From: a bacterium
GTDB lineage: Bacteria; Patescibacteriota; Saccharimonadia; Saccharimonadales; UBA4665
Assembly: GCA_021811625.1 (NCBI GenBank)
Contig: JAJZNU010000008.1
Location: 331 to 64,330 of the forward strand
Length of the DNA stretch: 64,000 bases
Reading direction: 5' to 3'
The position numbers were made by a program, and so were the translations under genes. A model generated the notes under the pieces. The model saw only the letters and a program-made list of their open reading frames with translations, did not search any database and was not told the DNA's origin. Shown in pieces: positions 37,769 to 49,033 of the stretch (within the stretch, counting starts at the first letter, position 1; each line of letters begins with the position of its first letter).

Positions 37769-39382
37769 GTGGCGGAGCGGGCGACAAAGTACATTTTTGT
37801 GACCGGGGGGGTACTCTCTGGTCTCGGTAAGGGGATAACCGCTGCGTCGTTAGGTAACCTTCTTAAATCTCGAGGTCTTCATGTCAATCTTCAAAAATGT
37901 GATCCATATCTAAATGTTGATGCCGGTCTGCTAAACCCCAGGGAGCACGGAGAATGTTTTGTTACCAAAGATGGAGCCGAAACTGATCTTGACCTTGGGC
38001 ATTATGAACGGTTTACCGATGAGGAAATGACCAGCACGAGTTCGTTGATGAGCGGTAGAGTACTCCTAAAACTTATTCAAGACGAACGATCTGGTAAATT
38101 TGATGGGGATGACGTTCAGATAATCCCTCATCTTACAGGCGCAATACAGGACTGGATAAAAAAAGCCTCCGAGGGCTTCGATGTCCACATTGTCGAAATT
38201 GGCGGAACAGTCGGCGATTACGAATCGTTAAGCTTTATTGAGGCAATCCGCGAGCTTGGAGTTAGGGTCGGTTTAGATAACTGTCTTTATATCCACGTAG
38301 TTTATCTGCCTTATCTAAATGCTTCCCACGAGACCAAGACCAAGCCGGCTCAGAATTCAGTTCGGGAGTTACGTGGTCTGGGAATCGCTCCCGACGTTTT
38401 AGTTGGTCGGAGCGAATTACCAGCTAACCATGATATTAAGAAAAAACTTAGTTTATTCAGCGGGGTGCCGGAAGAAGCCATAGCTCTGCTGCCGAATGCA
38501 TCAACAATTTATGACGTGCCATTAACAATAGAAGATAGCGGGATAGCGGATTTTGTTGTCAAAAAACTTGGTCTTCCGGCGTCGAAACCGGATCTTACGC
38601 AGTGGCGGGATGTCGTAGAAAGAGCAAGTAAACACTACGATAGGCAATTGAATATTGGATTCGTTGCTAAATACATGGACAACACTGATACTTACATGTC
38701 CGTGTTCGAAGCCCTGCAGGCTGCTGCCTGGCATAACGATGTGTCAATAGATATATCTTGGGTTAATGCTGCCAAATATGATGAGCCGGGAACCGATATT
38801 GCGTCGGTACTAAGTGAGTTTGAGGGCATTGTTGTTCCTGGCGGATTTGGGCAACGCGGTTTGGAGGGCAAGATAAAGGCGGCACAATATGCCCTCAGTG
38901 CCAAAAAACCCTATCTAGGGCTTTGTTTAGGCCTACAAATGGCAGTCATAGCCGCCGCGCGCAATTTTGGTATAGAAGACGCCACTACGTTTGAATTGGA
39001 TCCAGACAGTCCGCACTTGCTGATCGACACTATGAATGATCAAAAGGATAAATTGCAGACCGGTGGCACAATGCGGCTGGGTAACTATAACTGTAAACTG
39101 GATGACGGTAGTTTAGCTGCAAAAATATATGGTACGACGGACATCGTCGAACGACATCGTCACCGTGGAGAATGTAATAACGCCTACCGGGATCAGTACG
39201 AAAAATGGGGAATCCGCGCTACGGGTATAAATCCCGACAACAACTTGGTTGAAATGATTGAAGGCATAGACCACCCATTTCTCTTGGCGTCCCAGTTTCA
39301 TCCGGAATTTAAGTCTCGACCAAATCGTCCCCACCCAATGTTTGTTGGTTTTATCCAAGCAATGATTGCAAATGCCGGCTAA
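37769..39382 (+). CDS. pyrG: CTP synthase
   Basis: KYIFVTGGVLSGLGKGI N-terminus and a C-terminal glutamine amidotransferase domain (GLCLGLQ, HRHRGECN, FHPEF). The start codon is GTG. Confidence 0.96.
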   Translation: MAERATKYIFVTGGVLSGLGKGITAASLGNLLKSRGLHVNLQKCDPYLNVDAGLLNPREHGECFVTKDGAETDLDLGHYERFTDEEMTSTSSLMSGRVLLKLIQDERSGKFDGDDVQIIPHLTGAIQDWIKKASEGFDVHIVEIGGTVGDYESLSFIEAIRELGVRVGLDNCLYIHVVYLPYLNASHETKTKPAQNSVRELRGLGIAPDVLVGRSELPANHDIKKKLSLFSGVPEEAIALLPNASTIYDVPLTIEDSGIADFVVKKLGLPASKPDLTQWRDVVERASKHYDRQLNIGFVAKYMDNTDTYMSVFEALQAAAWHNDVSIDISWVNAAKYDEPGTDIASVLSEFEGIVVPGGFGQRGLEGKIKAAQYALSAKKPYLGLCLGLQMAVIAAARNFGIEDATTFELDPDSPHLLIDTMNDQKDKLQTGGTMRLGNYNCKLDDGSLAAKIYGTTDIVERHRHRGECNNAYRDQYEKWGIRATGINPDNNLVEMIEGIDHPFLLASQFHPEFKSRPNRPHPMFVGFIQAMIANAG

Positions 39383-39401
39383 TTAATATAGGGTAAGCAG
39401 T

Positions 39402-39842
39402 ATGGATCCTCAATCTCAGACACCCGCTCCACAGGCCTCGCCCCCACCTAGTTTCACCGTTCCGGTACACAAAAAACGGATACTTATGGTCGAGGATGAT
39501 GAGGCGTTAGCCAGCGTTTATTTAACCAGGCTTGAAGCTGAAGGTTTCGAAGTCCGAAGGGTAAACAACGGTGAAGACGCCTTGGCTACCGCAGAGGAGT
39601 ACCGACCTGATTTAGTGCTGCTCGATGTAATGATGCCGAAAGTCAACGGCTTCGATGTGTTGGATATTTTGCGCAATACCCCCGAAACGGCGAATATGAA
39701 GATAATAATCCTTACAGCCTTGAGTCAAGAGAGCGATAAAGCTAGAGCCGAGGCCTTGGGAGCTGATGATTACCTGGTCAAATCACAGGTCGTAATTACC
39801 GATGTGGTTAATCGCATTAGACACCACCTCGGAATGCAATAA
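39402..39842 (+). CDS. Stand-alone response-regulator receiver (CheY-like), canonical phospho-acceptor
   Basis: ILMVEDDE, DLVLLDVMMPKVNG (Asp75), IIILTA and DDYLVKS. A Pro-rich 25-aa N-terminal extension is present, with no output domain. Confidence 0.88.
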   Translation: MDPQSQTPAPQASPPPSFTVPVHKKRILMVEDDEALASVYLTRLEAEGFEVRRVNNGEDALATAEEYRPDLVLLDVMMPKVNGFDVLDILRNTPETANMKIIILTALSQESDKARAEALGADDYLVKSQVVITDVVNRIRHHLGMQ

Positions 39843-39853
39843 GCCGTAAAAAT

Positions 39854-40126
39854 CTACTCTACAACAACTTCGGTTCGTCGAACGGTTTTACCAGTGAAGC
39901 GACGAATCTTTCGAGTGCGGTAGCCCACAACGCCGTCTTTCACGGCATGGATAGTGAAGTTACGGCTTAGTGTGGTTCCTTTACCGGCGCGTTTAGTTAG
40001 TCCTACCTGGCGGACGATGACCTGTCCGGTTTTAACGCTCTGTCCACCGAACAACTTAACTCCCAGGCGCTGACCAGGGGAGTCATGGACATTTTTGGCG
40101 GTACCGCCGGCTTTTACATGTGACAT
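39854..40126 (-). CDS. rpmA: 50S ribosomal protein L27
   Basis: MSHVKAGGTAKNVHDSPGQRLGVKLFGGQSVKTGQVIVRQ... is typical of L27. No rplU is adjacent. Confidence 0.92.
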   Translation of the reverse strand: MSHVKAGGTAKNVHDSPGQRLGVKLFGGQSVKTGQVIVRQVGLTKRAGKGTTLSRNFTIHAVKDGVVGYRTRKIRRFTGKTVRRTEVVVE

Positions 40127-40193
40127 TTACTTAGCTCCTGTTAATGATGATAAGCTTCAAACCGAAAATTACATGCTTTGTCGGTTTTTGGGA

Positions 40194-41384
40194 TTAACGT
40201 TTCCTGAGAACCAACAGCTCGCGAGCAACCGATTGTTCTTTGCGAAAATAGATCAAATCAGTCGCTAATACATGCTCGAAACTGACTCTAATATAACCCA
40301 AATCGTTGATCTGGTCAATAAGGGGGAGATGTTTGAATCTATCGGGAGCCACTTGCCAGGCCGGCACAGCTAAACACAATCGGGTGCCAGATTTTAACTG
40401 TCCGGCTATATTTTGCAGGAACTTTTTAATTATATGGTTACAGTCTGAAACTCCCTGTGCGATAACCTCTGGAGTGGAAGAGGGTGAAAAGTGTCTCCCG
40501 AGATAGGTTTCGCTGGCAATAAAATCCAGATCGGTTTTCCAAACAAAAGAAGTGGCATCGGCTATGGCTAGGTGGCAGAGGTCCTTATCGAGACGGTAGG
40601 CGTCTACTAACCAGCTAACGTTAGTCTCGGCCTCGTTGACCATGCGCTCGTCTATATCGCTACCGAATACCTTATACCCCATCAGCAAAGCTTCTTGTAG
40701 AAGTACTCCTCCGCCACAAAAAGGGTCCAAAACGGTTCGTGATAAATTGTTTTCCGGCCCGCCGCCGAGATTAATGATTATCTGTGCCAATTTAGGGGGA
40801 AGTAGGCCAACCCTAAGATCTCTTTTGGGACGGCCATAATCGCGGCGGCTATAGTCGGCAATGTCTTGCTCCTTCACCGTTTGGGCACAGATGGTTTTAT
40901 TGCCCGCTTTGACCAGGATCAGCTCTAGGCCTCCGGCATGCGTGAGCCGGTTATGCAACACCTGAGCGCTGTTAAGTCGTAAGGAGGTGTTCGGTACAAA
41001 CCGCAGACTTTGTCCGGCATCTTTTAAGACCCGCTTCATCGACAGGCCAGTGGCCATCAACTGCTTAGGCGTGACCTGTATATCTATGGCGCTGATGCCC
41101 AGCCGTAATTTGCCGCTGGCTTTAGCAAAGGGGAGGCTAGCTGATTTGCTGACAAGCGTAGAATGAATTCCGGCCCAGTCTGTCGTATCTTGCTCATAAA
41201 GCACCTCGGCCAACTTTACTGATCCGCCCAGACGCTTGAAGTCTATATCCTCAGTATCTAAGTCAGATATTAATACCTGATTACCGATTAATTTAAAATG
41301 ATTGGCGCCATAAAGGCTTTCCAACTCCGCAATGCCTAAGGCTGGTTGCCGCCCGAGTATCAATAAAGCGTTTTCTTTATTCAT
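40194..41384 (-). CDS. SAM-dependent methyltransferase, UPF0020/Trm11-RlmL-like (putative RNA methylase)
   Basis: VLDPFCGGGVLLQEALLMGYKVFGSDID (motif I / post-I) follows an N-terminal domain of about 190 aa. Motif IV is divergent (SETYLG). Confidence 0.55.
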   Translation of the reverse strand: MNKENALLILGRQPALGIAELESLYGANHFKLIGNQVLISDLDTEDIDFKRLGGSVKLAEVLYEQDTTDWAGIHSTLVSKSASLPFAKASGKLRLGISAIDIQVTPKQLMATGLSMKRVLKDAGQSLRFVPNTSLRLNSAQVLHNRLTHAGGLELILVKAGNKTICAQTVKEQDIADYSRRDYGRPKRDLRVGLLPPKLAQIIINLGGGPENNLSRTVLDPFCGGGVLLQEALLMGYKVFGSDIDERMVNEAETNVSWLVDAYRLDKDLCHLAIADATSFVWKTDLDFIASETYLGRHFSPSSTPEVIAQGVSDCNHIIKKFLQNIAGQLKSGTRLCLAVPAWQVAPDRFKHLPLIDQINDLGYIRVSFEHVLATDLIYFRKEQSVARELLVLRKR

Positions 41385-41432
41385 CTTCTTTACGTTTAAG
41401 TATATCGCGCTTTTACGTATAATAAGCTCAAT

Positions 41433-42491
41433 ATGTCCGAGAATTCGTTCCTGAAACGACGCTGGAAGGTGCTTTTAAATATCGGAACGTTTGTAGCGCT
41501 GGCAATACTTCTTTACGCGCTCCGGAAAGATATCGGCAGCACTATAGACAACCTTGGTCGGGTTTATGCGGCAGCTCTTCTACTGCTTATCCCGATCGAA
41601 ATTTGGAACTACGATGCCCAGACCCGTCTTTATCGGGAGCTCTTTCGGCTGGTAGGAAACAAGTTGGGTTACAGATTTCTTTACGAAGCATCGCTCGAGC
41701 TCAATTTTATAAATAACGTTTTTCCCAGTATCGGACTGACAGGTATCTCGTATTTTGGTGTGAGAATGCGCTCGGAAAGCATCACCGCCGGAAAAGCCGC
41801 GGTGGTGCAACTACTTAAGATTGTTATGATCTATGTGTCGTTTGAGATTATGCTGCTGTTTGGAGTAGTTTGTATGGCATTATTCGGTCATGTCAATGGC
41901 CTCATAATTTTAGTGGCGAGTTCAATAACTACGTTAATGGTCGTCGGTACTTTAGCTTTTGTATCGATAATCGGTAGCGAGAAACGAATTAACGCATCTT
42001 ATGATTTTCTGGCCAAGGTCATTTCCAAAACTATTCATTTAATCAACCCTCGACACACCGGTGCGGTCAAGCTTCAGGCTGGACGCCAATTGGTTGAGGA
42101 GTTGCATAAAAATTACCGACTGATTCAAGACAACTATAAACAACTGAAATGGTCGTTGTTATGGGCGGGCTTGGCGAACTTGAGTGAGGTATTAGCAATC
42201 TACGTGGTGTTTATTGCTTTTGGTCATTGGGTCAACATCGGCGCAATCATCCTGGCCTATGCCGTGGCCAATTTCGCCGGAACGATATCGGTGCTTCCAG
42301 GGGGGGTAGGCATATATGAAGCGTTAATGACCGGCGTATTGGCGGTTGCCGGAGTGCCGGTGGCTCTAACTCTTCCGGTGACTATCATGTATCGAGTTGT
42401 GAACTCTATAATCCAATTGCCGCCAGGCTATTATTTCTATCGTCGGGCGCTCCGGGCGACACCGAGCGAGTCTAGTAGTGGAAGAGCTTGA
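41433..42491 (+). CDS. Flippase-like / LPG-synthase-TM (UPF0104) family membrane protein
   Basis: About 8 TM helices, with ANFAGTISVLPGGVGIYEALMTGVL resembling the conserved PGG.G..E block of this family. Confidence 0.5.
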   Translation: MSENSFLKRRWKVLLNIGTFVALAILLYALRKDIGSTIDNLGRVYAAALLLLIPIEIWNYDAQTRLYRELFRLVGNKLGYRFLYEASLELNFINNVFPSIGLTGISYFGVRMRSESITAGKAAVVQLLKIVMIYVSFEIMLLFGVVCMALFGHVNGLIILVASSITTLMVVGTLAFVSIIGSEKRINASYDFLAKVISKTIHLINPRHTGAVKLQAGRQLVEELHKNYRLIQDNYKQLKWSLLWAGLANLSEVLAIYVVFIAFGHWVNIGAIILAYAVANFAGTISVLPGGVGIYEALMTGVLAVAGVPVALTLPVTIMYRVVNSIIQLPPGYYFYRRALRATPSESSSGRA

Positions 42492-43635
42492 ACTTAGCGT
42501 TGTTGAATTTGTCGCGTTGGTTAACCAAACGCTGGAGTTTGCGTATTCCAGCGTCACGATCACCGGCGAGCTAGCTAATTATCGCGTCAGTAAAAATCGA
42601 TGGGTGTACTTCGATCTCAAGGACGACGAAGCGATAGTTCACTTTTTTGGAACAATCTACCAACTACCTGGTCCGCTAGAGGAGGGGATGCTACTAAAAG
42701 TTAAGGCGTCGCCTCGCTTGCATCCCAGGTACGGCTTCACTCTAAACGTCCAAAGAATAACACCGAGCGGAGCAGGATCAATTAAAAAGGCAGCTAGCCT
42801 GCTACAAGCTAAACTTGCCAGCGAAGGGCTGTTCGATGTCTCGAGGAAGCGGCCGTTGCCATATCCTCCACAAAAGATTGGTTTAATTACCTCGTCGGAG
42901 GCGGCGGCCTATACGGACTTCATGAAAATACTAAGAACCAGGTGGGCGGGTACCCATATTCAACTCAGTGATATCACTGTTCAGGGTGAACAAGCAATCT
43001 CACAAATTGTTGCCGCAATCGAGACACAAAATGCTCTGCCAACTCCGTGTGAAGTATTGGTTATTATTAGAGGTGGCGGAAGTGCCGAGGACCTCCAGGC
43101 TTTTAATAGCGAGCCGGTAACCAGGGCGGTAGCTACCAGCCGAATACCGACCATGGTAGCCATAGGCCATGAACGCGATATTAGTTTGGCGGAACTGGCT
43201 GCTGACCAGCGGGCAAGCACCCCTAGTAATGCGGCGGAGCTGCTGGTGCCGGATAAAAATCAAGTAGTGAAGGCCCTGATTGCGCAACGAGCTACGATGC
43301 GCCAAAAGCTGATAACTGTGATTAATAATAATCGGGAAAGTTTAACTGAACGAATCAATCAACTGAAGCGGCGTTTACAAGATTGGGTAAATCATGAGAA
43401 GGGTTGGCTGAATTCTCAGCAGGCAATATTACAGGTCTTAAGTCCGGAGGCCGCCCTCGCTCACGGTTATGCCTTGATTCTCCAAAGCGGCAAGCTCGTC
43501 GGCAAAGATAGACGTTTTAAGGTCGGGGAGGATATTTCGGTGCTGTTGCACGCCAGCCGGCTATATGCCAAGATTACAGCGGTAGAGAAAAGAACAAACG
43601 TTTCTTTGGAAGATAAGGAGAAAATCAATGGCTAA
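42478..43635 (+). CDS. xseA: Exodeoxyribonuclease VII large subunit
   Basis: N-terminal OB fold (ITGELANYRVSKNRWVYFDLKDDEAIVHFF), then GLITSSEAAAYTDF, IRGGGSAEDL and GHERD. The start codon is GTG. Confidence 0.9.
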   Translation: MEELELSVVEFVALVNQTLEFAYSSVTITGELANYRVSKNRWVYFDLKDDEAIVHFFGTIYQLPGPLEEGMLLKVKASPRLHPRYGFTLNVQRITPSGAGSIKKAASLLQAKLASEGLFDVSRKRPLPYPPQKIGLITSSEAAAYTDFMKILRTRWAGTHIQLSDITVQGEQAISQIVAAIETQNALPTPCEVLVIIRGGGSAEDLQAFNSEPVTRAVATSRIPTMVAIGHERDISLAELAADQRASTPSNAAELLVPDKNQVVKALIAQRATMRQKLITVINNNRESLTERINQLKRRLQDWVNHEKGWLNSQQAILQVLSPEAALAHGYALILQSGKLVGKDRRFKVGEDISVLLHASRLYAKITAVEKRTNVSLEDKEKING

Positions 43636-43834
43636 AAAATCACGAACATATTCTCAGATGCAAAATGAGCTGGGAGAAATCATTAATTGGTTTGAATCGG
43701 ACAGTTTTGATCTTGAAGAGGCGCTAAATAAATATAACGAAGCCAACAAATTGGTTAATGAAATAAAACAATACTTAACCGAAGCCGAGAATAAAGTCTC
43801 TAAACTGAAGCCGGTTTCCAAGATAGAAAAATGA
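43628..43834 (+). CDS. xseB: Exodeoxyribonuclease VII small subunit
   Basis: A 68-aa helical protein (LGEIINWFESDSFDLEEALNKYNEANKLVNEIKQYL). It overlaps xseA by 8 nt. Confidence 0.85.
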   Translation: MAKKSRTYSQMQNELGEIINWFESDSFDLEEALNKYNEANKLVNEIKQYLTEAENKVSKLKPVSKIEK

Positions 43835-44340
43835 TCTGGTTATTAGTAATCGTGACGGCAATCCTAGTACTCTTTAGCTCTGTTTTATTTTTCGGTGCTC
43901 CGTTCTTACCGACGCTAAGCCCGAGAATAGAAGATGCCTTGGACTTATTAGATCTTGAACCGGGGCAGAAACTATACGAATTAGGTAGCGGCGATGGAAG
44001 AGTGCTCAAAGCCGCCGCTAAAAGAGGAATTCGAGCCATAGGGTACGAAATAAATCCGATACTGGTACTTTTCAGTAAGATCTATACTTGGCCGGAGCGG
44101 CGACTGGTTAGTATTCACTGGAAGAATTATTGGCATACTTCGCTGGCGCCGGCAGACGGACTTTACGTATTTTTACTTGACCGATACATGGCTAAATTGT
44201 GGTCTAAGATTGAAATTGATCTCGACCACCCCCTAAAAATGGTCAGTTACGCTTTTGCGGTCCCCGATGTCGTACCAAAAATGGTTCGAAATGGCGTTAA
44301 ATTATACGAATTTAGACCATCCAAGCGATCGAAGGGGTGA
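43831..44340 (+). CDS. Small class I SAM-dependent methyltransferase with N-terminal TM helix
   Basis: LYELGSGDGRVLKAAAKRGIRAIGYEINP (motif I and the acidic post-I residue). Confidence 0.65.
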   Translation: MIWLLVIVTAILVLFSSVLFFGAPFLPTLSPRIEDALDLLDLEPGQKLYELGSGDGRVLKAAAKRGIRAIGYEINPILVLFSKIYTWPERRLVSIHWKNYWHTSLAPADGLYVFLLDRYMAKLWSKIEIDLDHPLKMVSYAFAVPDVVPKMVRNGVKLYEFRPSKRSKG

Positions 44341-44403
44341 ATCGATAGCAAGCTGCCAATTGAGCTCTTTACGCTTAAGGTAAAATCAGCTACCATAAAT
44401 CCT

Positions 44404-45060
44404 ATGCAGCCCACGAAAAATAATGGCGCATTGGCCGTCAGCCTAGTAGTCGTAATCCTTTTTTTGATAGGCGCCGTAATTTTCGGATTATGGGCATTTA
44501 ACAGTCGTCAGGATTACAAGAATAACACCGATAAAAAAATAAATGTGGCTGTAGCTGCCGCCAAGGCTCAGACGCAGGCTGCCGATGCTAAAACATTTGC
44601 CCAGGAGTCTGAAAACCCTCTTAAAACATACACCGGTCCTGAGGCCTTCGGCACTTTGATAGTCAAGTATCCTAAAACTTGGAGCGCTTACGTCAGTGAA
44701 GACGATTCTGGTTCCACTCCAATTGACGCTTACTTCCAACCGGATTATGTGCCTAATATTACCGGCACTTCTATTAGTATTGCTTTAAGAGTCCAAGTGC
44801 TTCAACAAGCCTATAGCGACGTCGTGTCTCAATATACCAATAACTCACAGCAAGGCTCGGTAACTATTACCCCTTATTCACTACCCAAGGTTCCTGGGGT
44901 AACGGGCGTTAGAATTGATGGTCAGATCTTTCCAAATGTTCAGGGCAGCCTAATAGTACTGCCATTGCGAAATGAGACCTTGCAGATATGGACGGAATCT
45001 CAACAATATGAAGCCGATTTCAATAATACAATTTTGCCCAACTTTAGCTTTAGTCCCTGA
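44404..45060 (+). CDS. Membrane-anchored extracytoplasmic protein, unknown function
   Basis: One N-terminal TM (ALAVSLVVVILFLIGAVIFGLWAF), then a globular domain of about 170 aa. I recognise no motif. Confidence 0.45.
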   Translation: MQPTKNNGALAVSLVVVILFLIGAVIFGLWAFNSRQDYKNNTDKKINVAVAAAKAQTQAADAKTFAQESENPLKTYTGPEAFGTLIVKYPKTWSAYVSEDDSGSTPIDAYFQPDYVPNITGTSISIALRVQVLQQAYSDVVSQYTNNSQQGSVTITPYSLPKVPGVTGVRIDGQIFPNVQGSLIVLPLRNETLQIWTESQQYEADFNNTILPNFSFSP

Positions 45061-45166
45061 TTGCCTCAGGAACCCCGTTTAGGTAATAAAAGTACCCACC
45101 TTATTGCCGACCTACATTCTCCAGGTCTATACTGAAGTAGGTAGATAAATTGAGGGTAGGTTAAAA

Positions 45167-45892
45167 GTGTTGCAACCATCCATTTCAGGGGACGAATTAA
45201 GTATTTCAGCTTTAGTGGGTTCGGTTGCTGAGGATCTTAAGTTACCTCTCATGCAAATTGCTCGCAAGGTTGAATTGGGATATTTAGAGGGAAAATCTGC
45301 CGAAGAGACGCTAAGCGATCTCGATGGAATTGCCAGTGATGCGCTAAAACTCATGGACAGTTATAGTCTTGGACTCGAATTGGGGGAAAGGCAGCAACTA
45401 TTAGAACTTGAGCCGTTATCTATTCAGGCGGTACTTTACGATACGGCACAGGAGATGGATTCAATGGCGAAGCGATACGGTGTTGAGTTGGAACTCAATA
45501 CTACCGGTGCCAGACATCAACTTATCATGGCCAATAAGACGGGATTGAGAGCGGCTCTGTTGAGTCTCGGTAGTGTTTTCATTGAATCGACGGCTACTAC
45601 TAGCCCACGCCCCACCATAACGCTGGCAGCCTATAAAACGGCACAAGGAATTGCCAGCGGAATTTACAGTCAGACCGCCGATATTTCACCAGGCGCCCTG
45701 GCGTTGGCGTGTAGACTCAGCGGTAGGGCAAGGCAACCCCTCAGTAACTACTCTACGGGCAGCGCGATGGGCATATATGTTGCCAACAATATCCTTCAAG
45801 CGATGTCGGCTAAGCTCCGGACCTCAAGATTTCGCCATCAAGGCGGATTGGGTATGGTGCTACTGCCCAGCAGACAGTTACAACTGGTTTAG
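45167..45892 (+). CDS. Soluble histidine-kinase-like protein lacking the phospho-acceptor His and the N-box Asn (pseudokinase)
   Basis: The H-box-like VAEDLKLPLMQI aligns with sHELRTPLtsI, placing Glu22 (GAG 45230-45232) where His should be. The HATPase-like C-terminus has degenerate boxes: LRAALLSLGSVFIEST has no Asn, and STGSAMGIYVANNILQAM is G2-like. There is no TM or sensor domain. Confidence 0.55.
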   Translation: MLQPSISGDELSISALVGSVAEDLKLPLMQIARKVELGYLEGKSAEETLSDLDGIASDALKLMDSYSLGLELGERQQLLELEPLSIQAVLYDTAQEMDSMAKRYGVELELNTTGARHQLIMANKTGLRAALLSLGSVFIESTATTSPRPTITLAAYKTAQGIASGIYSQTADISPGALALACRLSGRARQPLSNYSTGSAMGIYVANNILQAMSAKLRTSRFRHQGGLGMVLLPSRQLQLV

Positions 45893-45895
45893 AGA

Positions 45896-46345
45896 ATGAA
45901 AAGGATTCTACTGGTCGAACCGGATAAAATATTAGCTCAAGTTTACAAGGCGTCGTTAAAGCGGGCTGGCTACGAAGTGACCCAGGTATCCGGAGCCCAG
46001 GAAGCAATAATCTCGGCCAATGATTTCCATCCTGATATCGTGGTGCTAGAGTTGAAACTTGTTGGCCATAACGGTGTCGAATTTCTATACGAGTTTAGAT
46101 CCTATCCTGACTGGCAAGAAATACCGGTAATCATTAATAGCCTGATTCACCCCCGGGAATTCGCCAGTAGTGCAATACTCTGGCGGGAGATTAAAGTTGC
46201 CGGATATCTGTATAAACCCCAATCTTCCTTAAAACAGCTCAGTTCGGCCATTCGTTTCATATTGGACAAAGAAGCTCAGAGTAGCGTTCCGGCAAGTCTC
46301 AAACGTATCGAAAACTTTTATACAGCAAGGGACTTTGGGTTTTGA
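45896..46345 (+). CDS. Receiver-domain-like protein with Glu at the phospho-acceptor position (atypical/pseudo-receiver)
   Basis: RILLVEPD replaces the usual DD pair. DIVVLELKLVGHNG has Glu52 (GAG 46049-46051) where Asp57(CheY) would be. PVIINS (Thr/Ser) and YLYKP (Lys-Pro) are retained. It starts 3 nt after the kinase-like gene. Confidence 0.68.
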   Translation: MKRILLVEPDKILAQVYKASLKRAGYEVTQVSGAQEAIISANDFHPDIVVLELKLVGHNGVEFLYEFRSYPDWQEIPVIINSLIHPREFASSAILWREIKVAGYLYKPQSSLKQLSSAIRFILDKEAQSSVPASLKRIENFYTARDFGF

Positions 46346-47043
46346 AAACACTCCGCACCGATGGAATAATTCTGGCGAGGACTAACTACGGCGAGGCTGA
46401 CCGGATCCTTACGATGCTAACACCGCGCTACGGGAAATTACGCTTGATTGCTAAGGGAGTTCGCCGGCAAAATTCCAAACTGGCTGGCGGAATTGAACTC
46501 TTCTGTATCAGTGAAATCATGTTTATACAGGGTAGGGGTGATATCGGTACAATCATTTCATCCAGATTATCCAAGCATTTTGCAATGATTGCTAAGGACC
46601 TGGAGCGCACCATGAGCGCCTACGTGCTAATTAAGAGAATAGATAAAGCTACCGAGGACGAATCGGAAGCTGACTATTTCTTCCTCCTGGAACAGGCCTT
46701 AACGGCCCTGAATGATGCTTCCGTTGAGACATCAATGGCCGTTGGGGTAACTGAGCTGTGGTTTTCGGCTCAACTGTTAACATTAGCCGGTTATTCACCA
46801 AACCTACACTCAGATAAAGAGGGTCGAGAACTCGAGCTGTCCGCTAGCTATGAGTTCAATCTCGATAGTATGTCCTTTAGGGCCGTAGAAGGGGGGGATA
46901 TAACCGATAAACATATCAAGCTTTTGCGCCTGGCATTTGCTAAAAATACACCGCAGGTACTTCTAAGAGTGGCCGGTATTGAGAATCTGCTGCCAAAAAT
47001 TAATCCTTTAATTCAGGATATGTTTGAAGCTCATATTGCATAA
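46342..47043 (+). CDS. recO: DNA repair protein RecO
   Basis: N-terminal OB fold (TDGIILARTNYGEADRILTMLTPRYGKLRLIAKGVRR), 233 aa, TTG start. Confidence 0.85.
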   Translation: MKTLRTDGIILARTNYGEADRILTMLTPRYGKLRLIAKGVRRQNSKLAGGIELFCISEIMFIQGRGDIGTIISSRLSKHFAMIAKDLERTMSAYVLIKRIDKATEDESEADYFFLLEQALTALNDASVETSMAVGVTELWFSAQLLTLAGYSPNLHSDKEGRELELSASYEFNLDSMSFRAVEGGDITDKHIKLLRLAFAKNTPQVLLRVAGIENLLPKINPLIQDMFEAHIA

Positions 47044-47100
47044 GTGTTTTGTAGTTTAAGGGGGCAAAATCCCCACAAATAGGTATAATGGTATTAAAAT

Positions 47101-48480
<1,380 letters not shown>

Positions 48481-48500
48481 TTTAGTAACTATACCGATAA

Positions 48501-48941
48501 ATGAATACATACTATACAGACGGGAGTGCTAGTCCCAACCCCGGACCAGGAGGGTACGCGGTAATCTTAAACGGGAAACCGTTAGTGCTGGGCGGAGAAC
48601 CGGACGGTAAAATTACCACCAATATCCGGATGGAAGGGTATGCCATCATGGCCGCACTAAAACATTCTAACGGCCAGCCTTGCGAAATATACACCGACAG
48701 TGAATTTTGGATTAACGTTATCACAAAGTGGTCGTTGGGCTGGGAAGCAAACGGTTGGAAGAAGAAAGGCGGGCAGATTATGAACTTAGATATAGTCAAA
48801 GAGGTCTGCGAACTCTATCGCCGTAGTCAAGCAACTCTAAAATGGGTACGTGGCCATAATGATGACCCGGGCAACGAGCTGGCCGATCATTGGGCGAATG
48901 AAGCTCGGCTTAGGAAAGACAAAAGCGGACCCGTGTTATGA
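48501..48941 (+). CDS. rnhA: Ribonuclease HI
   Basis: YTDGSASPNPGPGGYAVIL (Asp), RMEGYAI (Glu), IYTDSEF (Asp) and WVRGHNDDPGNELADHWAN (His/Asp). Confidence 0.92.
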   Translation: MNTYYTDGSASPNPGPGGYAVILNGKPLVLGGEPDGKITTNIRMEGYAIMAALKHSNGQPCEIYTDSEFWINVITKWSLGWEANGWKKKGGQIMNLDIVKEVCELYRRSQATLKWVRGHNDDPGNELADHWANEARLRKDKSGPVL

Positions 48942-49033
48942 TAAGTATGTCAGCGAAGCCCGTTTAGCTCGCCGAGTACCCTTTGTTATTAACAGGCCTA
49001 TATCCTTATAAAATTCAGAACCGGAGAACTACC

